NCBI RefSeq assembly: GCF_036588685.1
Contig: NC_086385.1
Coordinates: forward strand, 25,195,216 to 25,259,215
Length of the DNA stretch: 64,000 nucleotides
Direction of reading: 5' to 3'
From: Mytilus trossulus
Lineage: Eukaryota
Position numbers and translations under genes: made by a program. The notes beneath the pieces were generated by a model. That model had not been told where the DNA came from and did not search any database. It saw only the letters and a program-made list of their open reading frames with translations. Shown here one piece after another: positions 27,115 to 38,380 of this stretch. Numbering within the stretch: the first letter of the stretch is position 1; each line of letters begins with the position of its first letter.

Positions 27115-28424
27115 TAAAGAGATGTATGAGATAGTTCATTTCTAAATCTTGTAAACTACTCAAATCTCCACGTCCATGTCTAGCATTTTAATGAATCTTG
27201 CATCAACAATGCTTTAAATTTGGTTTATTTACTAATATTTTACTAATGATATCTAATTTTTGCAAAATCTATATGATATGCCTTTATTCTGAACCTAAAT
27301 TCTCAAAAAAACAAATTCTAATGATAATCTATTTTTTTTTTTTTTTTTTTTTTTTCTTATATATCAGTACCTTTGAGTCCTCTATAGTTCAGCTTTCTGA
27401 TTCAATATAAACTCAAGGAAAAACTTGCAGCAGTTTGATTAGCTGTTTTAACTACCAATCTCACATTAAGATTGAAAACAGACCCAATGAATGAATACCT
27501 TACAGCAGAATCTTGCCAAACTTGTCAATGCTTTAAAAACTTTTAAAGAGCTTCCAAAAATCTCTTCCTTTCATGATTAGAAGATACATGTATTATTTGA
27601 CAGTGGTTCTCATATAGTGAGAGTAAAATATACCCTTAAGTCTTATGTTATCACCTTTTTGTGTATTTAACGCAAAATAGATCAAGTACATATAATGTTA
27701 TATGCATTGGCAATGTACACTCTGATTTATGTAATCAAATTATATAAGCTATTTCCGTGAATCGAGTCTTTGTGAAATGCACCATAATGGCATACCTAAA
27801 CTCTTCTTAATCCAAAAGACAATCTAATGTTTACTTAAAAACGTATACATCTTTTTTTTCGGTAATGCAGACAAACAACCAATTGGTCATAGCAGTACAT
27901 ACTGATAATATTAATGTTCTTCTTGTCAGTAATTAACTGACCTTGAAAATAAAAAAAAAGATAATATGAGTTGTCACAAGCTATCAACAGGTTTTAGAAC
28001 GGTGCTCCATTCTTACTGACTCAACATATAAGTAGTGTCTTAACATGTGTAAGAGAACAATTTATCAGTAAAGAAAAACTTAGAGCAATTTCCTGCTTCG
28101 AGAAAAGATTTCAGGCTAGAATCTTAGAAATTACTGTCCTGGTTAAATCTGGACATAATTATAAATTTTGTGTATTGACATGTTTTAACTTCATACACAT
28201 TTGTAAGTACTAAATAACTCTGTACTATTTTAGAGATTTGATCTGTCTTGACCATTTCCAGACACTCTTTCAATATATTATCAATATGAGTATATATACA
28301 ATTGACTGAACTGTTGGTTCATCACAAAAATCAATGTGCAACCAAAAATCAGCAAATATAACAATGTGTGTTGTACACAAAACATGCAACCTGTTTGTGC
28401 TTGCAGGTTGTTTTAAATACAATA

Positions 28425-29060
28425 AAGGTAGACCTACGTTTCCTTGATGGAACAATGTCTACAATAATCAGATAGACCTGGACTAAAATTCACTATTCTG
28501 ATTCGAATTTATTTTATTTCAGTACGTCAAATACTAAAGTTTTTATTTCCAATAATGATCTATGCTAAATATCAATGTGCAATCAATTAATAATTATGAT
28601 TTTTAGGTAAGATCAAATCTGTATTGTAGAATGCATTCAACTTACTGATCAAAAATCATGCATGTTGTTCTAGTTCCTACGTTTCCTGGATGAAACGATG
28701 TGAACATTAATCAGATAGTCTTGGGCAAAATCCCTATTCTAATTTTATTTTATTTGTGTTGCATCAACCACTTTCTATTTTCAATAAATATGGTCTCTGT
28801 TCCCTAAATGGAAAGTTAACCAAATAAACATAATCAGTTCTGGGCAAATTCCCTATTCTGATAGTGATTAACTATTAACTTTTAATAGTATCAATGTTGG
28901 TCTACGCTCCCTGTATGGAACGTTATCCAAAAAAAACAAGCAGATATTGGCAAATTCCCTATTCTTACACTTGAAGTTCTAGTGACAATAGTGGTCTACC
29001 CTCCCATGAGGACATTATCCATATTAAAATAATCAGATCTGGTCAAAATACCTTTTATGA
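28425..29060. repeat. Degenerate tandem subrepeats (about 5 copies) inside the long-IR element
   Basis: Recurrent CTACGTT(T/C)CC..ATGGAAC...AATCAGAT..GGGCAAATTCCCTATTCT near 28435, 28677, 28795, 28902 and 28995. Confidence 0.6.
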
Positions 29061-30744
29061 TTGTAATATAGTGATGTGTTTACTCCGTCTCGTGTACCAG
29101 CTGTGTAAAGACTGTAGACAATATCAATCCATCCGAACTTTCCACTCAACCCGTTTCGTAGATTGCTCTAAACAGCTAAATTTCGGTCAGCGTGGCAGAA
29201 GATTTAAAACATCCGTTTATTTTCAAAAACGGAGCACTCATGTTACATGTCGGATTTTTACAGAAAAAAAAACTGCCTTTCCTCGCAACGGACTGAATGT
29301 TTGAAAATGGCGGCTCAACAAATGTTAATTTCTAGGTCGTCGTTGTAACTCGTAATCAGCACAGTAGTGTTGACGACATGTGCATATCAGAAACTTGACA
29401 AGAGCGCTATATGAACTTTAAATTAATCGTAAAACGATATTCCAAAAACAAATAATGTCTTTTATAAAACATTAGGATTGTCAACAGTAGACTGTTAAAA
29501 ATCCTTGTCGATGAGAAACATGCGTTCACCTGAACGCAAAAAATAAAAACTGAAGTTACTGTATTTTACACAGGTAAATTATGACGTAGGTGAGTTCATC
29601 TTATGGATGTTATTTTCAACCACCTAGTTAATTGCGATGAGAACATGTTGTGAAAGCAAATACATTCTATATTATATAAATGTAATTTCATGGTAAGTAT
29701 ATTTAACTAAATGCATATAAAAATGTATTTCTGAAAGCAAATGATCGGGAGAATATCAATTAATCATCAAAACGTAATGATGTATAAAACATCTAAAAAT
29801 GGTAACAACTCCTAAAAATTTGTATTATCTGACATGTTTTAAAAGATTTCTTATATTCTATTAAATAATGAATCTCAGAATAAAAAGAGTATGAATATAT
29901 TATCAATTACATAATAACATGACCAATAAGAAAATCAAAATCTATAAGTTAATAACCCGGATATTACTTGTATTTGAATCAGGGAAATGGTACGACGGGT
30001 TGTAATTTACGTCCATGACCAGCACTGGGGCAACCAGGAATATTTCGTTGGTCAGTGATAAATGTATTGGAGAAGATATATATTTCAGGATCACGAAAGC
30101 CCGAAAAATGTAAAATTGTAAACAAAATTCTCACAGCCATTAGACGAGAAAAAAATAGATTGTTTGCATTTAATTATTCTTACAATAGCGGAAAAATACA
30201 TTGGTCTTGCAATCGGAAGTATTCTGAAAGATTTATGTATAGATGTATGCACTTTATTCAGTTGTTTACCATATTGTTCAAATAATAAATGTTTTTTTCT
30301 CATTTATTAAAACATAAAATAGTAATCATCCTTTAACGAGACGTTCCGAAAATAAATATAACGACGTGAATATAATATTGTTATTGTTTTGACTAAAAGT
30401 TGAAAGTTGTTTCACTTGTGTCAAGATTTGAAATGAAACAGGCGACATGGTTTATTGTATTTACAAATGATTTTATTGATCGACCTGTATATTCGATGTA
30501 TGATGTCAAATTTAATTAACCTGTTCCTTCCTGCAGACCACAGCAATTGATTTTTATGAAAAAAATCTTCCATCGAAATAATTCCTTACCTTTTTTTGTC
30601 AAACAAACCATCGTGAGGTAAAAAAGAAATCAACTATAAGGCCAGTACACATGGTACAAGCATATTGTATGAAAAAATATATTAGCACTTTTTATTGTTT
30701 TCGACATAATCATTACATGTGTTAGTAACCATTGACTTAAAGAG

Positions 30745-31615
30745 CTCTCAATTATCCATCCTGCGGTACAAAAAGAACTGGATTCTAATGCTGTTATTCA
30801 ATATTCGGACAGAAGGGAATTTTACCAAATATTGATGTTGACACCAAATTGTGCAATTTTTAACTTTATATTCCTTCCCTTTAATGTAAAAATAAATCCA
30901 TTCTGAGATATAAAAGTTCTCAATTATCATTCCAGCACACGAAAAAAAAAAGAGACAGAAAAACATATGGGCACTTTTAATTGTTGTCGACATAAATTTT
31001 AGTAACGGTAGATTTATAGAGCACTGCATTTGTGTTTAATTTTCCACCCTGATGTACAAAAAAATTAATGCTGTTAAATAATATTCTAGAAAAAGGGAAA
31101 ATTTTAGCACTTTTTATCAAAGCCGGCAACAAATTTTGAATTTTAAACTTAAAATCCTTCATCTTCACACTAAGATATTAAAGTACTCAATTTTCAGGCC
31201 AGTAAATATTATAAAAAAAGACAAAATACTGATAGTTTTATGGTTGTCCACAAACGTTTTAGAGACCGTAGACATTAAGTGCTTTCAATTTGTGTAAAAC
31301 TATCCATTCTGAAGTGAAAAAAATAAAATAAATGCTGTTACATAATATTCCAAAAAAAGTAAACAAATTGGCACCTTATATTAAAGCCGACAACTAATTT
31401 TGCAATTCAAACTAAAATTCCTTTCCTTTCATGTAAAATTATCCATCCTGGGGTATAACAGTACTCAATTATCTGGCCAGTACATGAGTATTATGAGAAA
31501 AAGAAATATTGGTACTTTTTATTGTTGCCGACACAAGTTTTAGTAACCGTAGACTTTTAGAGCCTTCAATTTGTGAAAAAAATATCCATCCTGAGGTACA
31601 AAAAGAATATTAGTT
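30745..31615. repeat. Degenerate satellite, about 280-bp period built from about 140-bp subunits
   Basis: TATCCATCCTGAGGTACAAAAAG-like motif at about 30753, 31043, 31301 and 31583, with related copies at about 30896 and 31440. Confidence 0.65.
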
Positions 31616-32596
31616 ATATTACATACAGCATCAGGAGTAAGTGGTCAACACTCTCTAGGTCAGATTATAATGAGTCAGGCTTAAATTCATAAATAAGAAA
31701 ATTATGTTTGTGGATAAATTAATATCTAAAAAAAAACGATGCCATCTCACGAAAAGGAAATAATTTAAATATTTTGTACACAAATTCATGGGCCAAAAAA
31801 GTGACCTCATCATGCTCTATTCTTTCTGAAAATAATTGTTTGTTGCCTCATATAACACATAATATACGACCATTACATAAGATTCTATGAATTTGCACAG
31901 AACAATAATTGAAAAAAAACACCAAAACAATGTATGGTCGACATAGTTGTAAAAATCAATTCTAAGTCTAATTTACCTTATCCAAATAAGAAGATGTTGT
32001 ATGATTGCAAATGAGACAACTCTCCAATGACACATAAATTAACAACTATAGGTCACTGCACGGCCTTCAACAATGAGCATAGCCCACACCGTATAGTCAG
32101 CTATAAAAAGCCCCGAAATGACAAATGTTAAAAATATTTTAAACAAGAAAACTAACGGCCTAATTTATGTACAAAATAAAGAACAACAAACAAATATGTT
32201 ACAGAGTAATAAACGGTAACCACTGAATTACAGGCTCCAGACTTGGGACGGGCACATACAGAATGTGGCGGGGTTAAACTCGTTTAAAGGCGCCAACCCT
32301 CACCTTAACATGGCACTGTGGTGCAACAGTATTACATAAGAACACTATAAAAATCAGTTGAAAAAGGCTTAACTCATCAGATGGATACATATAGAAATAC
32401 ATCTAACAAAAACACAAAGTGGACGTGGACGGGTACTTATACATCCCCACAACAAAATGACACTAAGTACAGATCTGAGAGTACTGGCAGTTACTGACAG
32501 CTAGTTCAAAGCCAATATATAAAAAAGAAGATGTGGTATGATTGCCAATGAGACAACTCTCCACAAGGGATAACAACTAATAAATAAAATCATGCA

Positions 32597-32673
32597 TCTA
32601 AGACTAAAATATCAATCAGTACACATCCAATATCCAATGGATTTAGTGTAAAGACGTCAAAAACAGTTTGAGA
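32597..32673 (-). promoter_or_regulatory. Type II SECIS-like hairpin in the 3' UTR of the Penelope-like element
   Basis: Minus strand reads tctcaaactgtttt-TGAC-gtctttacact-AAA-tcca-ttggatat-tgga-tgtgtactgat-TGAT-attttagtcttaga: a UGAN/NGAN quartet, helix II (gtc..tacac/gtgta..gat), unpaired AAA 11 nt above the core, a TCCA/TGGA mini-stem and helix I (actg/tagt). The base 5' of UGA is U rather than the usual A. Confidence 0.7.
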
Positions 32674-34535
32674 AAAACATGACCTTGTGCAATGCTAAGA
32701 TACGGGTATCGACAGACTGTAGAACTGTGAAGGTGCATATGTATATAAAAATAATATTAAGTTTGATTTTAATTTACTGATAACAAAATCAATATCAATA
32801 CCAATAAAAACAATATTCAAAGACTAATAACAGTGTTGAATTGGTAACCTTTTAGAATAAGTTTATTTAAAGGATCGATAAGTTCACCTGGATCGTTTCT
32901 AAATTTCCGGGCTCGGTAAACAACCTCTCCGTAAAAATTAGGATGTGTTATCCCGTTTGAAATAAGTTTTCTACAGGTACAACCAAACTCCAAAACCAAA
33001 TCTTTATATCGTTGGAAGAATTTAGTAAAGGTTTTAAGTAACTTGTGGTAACGATATCCCTGACCTTATAATTTACCAGTATTACACAGATTACGTTCAT
33101 TGAAATCCAAAACGTAACAACAGACACAGGCATAGCAAACGAGTTGTGATATATAAACACCGTAATATGGTGCCAAAGGAACATCACCGTCCAAAAAAAG
33201 GTTAATTAACAATAGGGAACGAAAAATCTTCCCATTTGTCGTAAATTTTAGTGTAGAGTTTTCCGTGTAAATCTGAAATATCTAAATCTAGGAAAGGACA
33301 GTTATAACCGTTTATATTTGATTTATTCAAAGTAATTTCCTTTAGGTAAATTTCGGCAATATATTTTGAAAGTTATTGTTTAACTAACGACAAAAATATC
33401 ATCAAATTAACGTTAAGTGTTGTGAAATTTATAAATTAAATGTCATTTAGACGGGTCTTTACTGAGTTTGGTCATAACCTGTGATTCATAACAGTACAAG
33501 AACTAATCTGTTATGAAAGGGGCGCAACTGGTGCCCATAGGAATACTTACAACCTGTCGATAAACTTCATTACCGAAACGTACATAAATATTATCAAAGA
33601 GAAAATTAACAGCTTCAATCCTCTTATCACACCCCTAGTAAGTATGTCTAGCATATTTACATTTCTCATTTGAAAAGAAGGCTTTAAATGAGTTGCAGCA
33701 AATATATTTGCATTCAGATTTACCAAAGGAAATTATCCAAAACATCCAAAGAATTGTTTACACTCCAAAAATAGTAAATTCCACTATTTTCATATATTTT
33801 ATTACAAAAGTTAATGATACGTTCCTTGATAGCAGTTAAGGAACTCGTTAAAAGCACTGAAACATTAGTTGAAGAAGCCGAGATGAAACGATATTTAACT
33901 GGTTTTTTGTGTAGTTTAGGTAACCAATACATAGTTGGGACCTTCAAATGTTAAGAAGAGGCTTTAAGCTGTGGTTGTGAGATGTTTGATATATGACTCT
34001 CTGTGGAGCGTACGGACTTGAATGTAGTAGATTTAAAATGTCATTCTTAAGAACGTCCTTGTAGTATTTACGGCATACCACCACCACATTGTTGACTGCT
34101 TTATCGACTGGTACAAACACAAACTGCTTTGAAAGTGCATGAAATTTGTTTCTTATTCTAGAAATAGGCGAATTTTACGTATTCTTTTATTTATTTCTGA
34201 ATTATTTTCAAAATGTGATTTTCGAATATCCACAATATTCATACATTTATTTAAAAAAGAATCAAGAGATTTCTTATCAGATTTTCCCCGTTTACACCAA
34301 TTATTACAATTAGATGAAAGAGCCTCTTTTGTGACCTGACGACAATGTTTCCAATCTATTTAAGATGGAGGACAATATTTTGGTCCTATTTTCAAAAAGT
34401 GTTTAACCTCTCGGTCTTGATGAATATTGAGGTCCCCCGTAATAAAATGGCCATAAGGATCACATCTTAAATTTGACGGTTTACAGTGTCAAGTTAGAGG
34501 AGTATTATTTTCTACATTGACGTCTGATGTTACTG

Positions 34536-37500
34536 TAGTGGAAGATATAAGCAGGCAAAATCGAGGGAATTGTGCAAATGATGATACAAGCATGAAAATT
34601 ACCACAAAGCATCATTATTATATACTTTTAAAGAAACAACTGCTGGCCATTAAAAAAAATCATTTTTTCAAGATGGCCATCGCCGTTTTCTAAAATGGCT
34701 GTTTTTTTCAATTTGAAAATACTGATTTTTTCTGGAAAACTTTTAGTTTACCTTCTTTTAGTGAATACCAGCTATCAGGTTTGGTAGCTACCTTCTTTAC
34801 ATGTGAATAATTCACTAGACATGAGTATTTGACACATACAGGGTTTGCGCATGCGCGAAAATGTAACAAAATTAAAAAAAAATATTTTAACTATTTACTA
34901 TAAAATAAGTTATTTGGGATTTTCAATGATATTATGATTTGGTTTGATAACATTGTTCAAGGTTATGACACACATGATTTAACAATTTTGCGCATGCGCA
35001 AACTATTCATAGATATAATGAGTGATTTGTATACACTACCAGGGCAAACTGGTATAAATCGTAGTTCATCTCATTACTCTAAAAAGCAAGTAAGTGTAAA
35101 ATCTATGATGCCACTGTTTAAAAACAAGCCAATTCAGTTGCAATGATCAGGTATTTGATGAATAAGACGGAAAATGTGGTAAAACCGAGAAAAACATCAA
35201 TAGTAACGGCAGATCAGCCACTTTTGGTAATGGATATTCAGTGGGAATTGCCTGATATGTACAGAGAAGATAAGTTTATCGTCATGTAAGGTGGATTTCA
35301 CATTGAAATGACTTGTTATAAAACTCTGGGTGATATATTACGTGAAGGTAGATGGACACATGTGTCACACATGTGTCCTCACTAAAACCATTATTGCAAC
35401 ACCTAGAACGGCATATTCTTGTATGTATGTTCAAATGTACCTAGGACTAGACACGCGCATCAGATAACTCTATGTGTTTTAGCCTGAAAAGTATATATCG
35501 GCTTAAGAAAGCTAAACACAGAAATTATAGTCATGTCATGACTCTGTGACGTTCAATGATTTGATAGACTGAAAATAAGGTCATCTCTACCACAGTTCAA
35601 TTCCTGGCGTTCAATTATAAAATAAGAACTTCTTGTGAACTTTGTAGTATGCTTATTTCATGAGTCAGATTGTGTATTAACAGTCCATATAAAGCATGAT
35701 ACTGCATTCACTTAGGTCTTGATCGTGTAACATATTCCCGATCGCGACCGACCTTCTCCGAGATATGGCTTCCCTTCTCTCAAGTCACCCACAGGTGGCA
35801 ATTGATTTTTAAAATGATAATTTTACTGTACGTAAGAACAGAAAATATTTTTCTTATAACACAATTGATCAGACAAAAACAGAATAATGCAATTGTAAAG
35901 GGCGATGTGTTGTCATAGGTTTAACCGAAGATCTCAGTAAGACGTATTGATGGTAGCTAGACCAGAAGTCAGTAGACTATCAGATAAATTTGCAAGATCT
36001 TGTGGTTTGCGGCATTCTATAATAGATGAACGACTTAATGAACACACAAGGGTTTCTTTAAAAAGATCAAAGGCAAATGATTTGAAGATCGTTTGAAGCA
36101 AATACAAAACGAAGGAGAACCGGTTTCTTATAACCAGATTAAAAAGAACAACTCCTATAATGTCGGTAAAATAAAACTGAAAACGTTTTTGTAAAAAACA
36201 AAGCTAGAGCTCTTAGATATCTTTTCTAGACTCCTATTTTTTGTCGCAGTGGACAAATTGATTTGGAATATTTCTTAATCCATAAAGACAAACTGCTACC
36301 CCGTTATTTTCTTCGGATGTCATTTAAAACAGTGGCATTACATCGGTGCAAATGGATAAACTTGAAACATTTTGTAATTTGCAGATCCAAATTCTAACGC
36401 ATTTATCGTTGATAGAGCAGCAATGGTTATTTCCAGGCCACCTTGTAGGATATCAATATTGGATGATTTTGCAATTGTGTTATACGGCCTTAAATAAAAT
36501 CTTGCATCGATAAGTATTCAAAAGTAGATATTGTGTCAGATTTACTAAATGAATCATTGAAAGGCTAGATGTGAGAAGACAAAAGTTGGGTTCTGGAGTT
36601 GTTTTCTCTTTGACGATGACAACGAAACGAAATGTTTCAAGTGTCTGGCCGACAGAAATGCTTCTGTAGAGACTAATAAGGATACTTTCCAGCTACCCCT
36701 TGTAAGCATGGAGAAGCAGATATACGAATGTTTGTCCATGTTCGGCCTGATTATGGAAATTGCTGTAGGACGGTAATTTAAGGTAGCACCGACACAGATG
36801 TAGTAGTATTAAGAATTGCAGCACTCCAAAAATATGGTGGAACAAACTGAATAGGTTTTGGCAGGAATGAAGACTTTTGATGAATTCCTGAACGTGAATA
36901 TCAAATGCGTTTGGTCCTCGTGTAGCTACTCTTCCTTTCATTCATACATGCAGTGCATGTGACACTAAGGAAATAGGTCAGTTTGGATGACATAGGAAGT
37001 ATTTCAACATGTAAGGGACGTACTTATTTCTTTGCTGAATTATAAAGACACATACAAGAACATAAAAGAAGCATTTGTTTGCATCATGTATGACAGAACA
37101 AGATCACTATTTGCTGTTAACAAGGCACGATGTACATTTTTACCCAGGAAACAGCGGCATTGTGATGTAGTTCCGCCTACAAGAATTTTTTTTCGGAGCA
37201 CATCCAAAGAGCAGCGTATCAAGGAGGATAAGTTTGGGCTCTGCCAGATTTATGTACCGATTCATGAACACTGGGGTTAGATGAAAGAAAAAAATCGAGG
37301 ACTTCTTCGGCTACCGTTAAAGTTGCATCCTCCTGTCGGGAACTTTTGAGATGAGGAGGCGAAAAATCCAGTTGTGTTGGTGACTGTAAATGCTACCGTT
37401 CTGTCCTTCCTTGCACGAGTTTTGTTATTGGCTACTGTCCGATAATTTTAAGATAACGAACCTGTCTTTCTAATAAAACTTGGCATTTGATCTTAACAAA

Positions 37501-38380
37501 GAATGTGATATCACTTGTTAAGTTGATGAAAATTATAAAACAAAATACATTTTCAAAAATTTTGCCGCCATTTTGAAACCGGAAATCAATTTTTTTGTCA
37601 TTTATGTGTGGTTTTTTTACCGTACTTTAGGAACTGTAATTTACGCTTAATAAAACCTTACATTGGATTATACCTATAACACAACTTTCAAAGATTTACA
37701 ACTGGATATGACACCATATGCAAAATGATCGGTGGCCATCTTGAAAAAATGGAAAATTTTGATGGCCAGCACCTGATTTCTTTTAATTATCGTTTAGTCC
37801 ACCTGTATACCAAATTTCATGCTTGTATTTCATGCTTGTGTTATTACTTGTTAAGTTGATGAAAATTATTAAAATATTTGTTACGTATTTGCATCTAATT
37901 TGGAACCGGAAACCACTATTTTTCCTCAGTTATGTGTCGTTTTGTCGTACTAAGAAACTGTTTTTTCATATCTTACATTGAATTATTATACATAACACAT
38001 ATTTCAAGGATTAAAATCCCTTGTAAAATTTCTTGAAAGTAAAAAAAATCAAAATTTTTGACTCGTTAGCCGACATTTTGAAACCGGAAGTCACCTTAAG
38101 TTTCATTAATGTATTGTCTAGTCGTTATTTATGAACTGTCATTTTCTTTTTATCATATCTAACAATGGATTTTACATATAACACACCTTTCAAAGGATTA
38201 AAAAATATTGGCTAATTTGTTATGACGCCATTTTCAAAATGTGTGGTGTCCATCTTGAAAAAATTATTATTTTTTCTGGCCAGCAGCGATTTTTTTATAA
38301 GTATCATTTAGTTAACCTTTATAACAAATTTCATGCTTGTATCACGATTTGCACAATTATGTCCATAATATCTCCCACTA
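34536..38380 (+). mobile_element. Decayed Academ element, family 2, both ends present, 3-bp TSD CTG
   Basis: TAGTGG...CCACTA termini; imperfect TIR sharing AATTGTGCAAAT..TGATACAAGCATGAAA; CTG at 34533-34535 and 38381-38383. Relic motifs: GGFHIEM, HTCSACDT, VNKARCTFLPRKQRHCDVVPPTR and a Cys-rich end. Confidence 0.85.

Larger units (their letters stand above)
23480..29730 (-). mobile_element. Decayed DNA transposon with long (about 200 bp) inverted repeats; possibly MULE/Foldback NOF-like
   Basis: 23540-23686 plus 24184-24205 is the reverse complement of about 29540-29700. The interior (about 25000-28270, minus) has stop-riddled relics RGLKGTD, YLNF/NAT(G), SAVAEIILD, QSDF and KLHVSIS resembling NOF/MULE motifs; the family assignment is weak. 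Confidence 0.5.
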
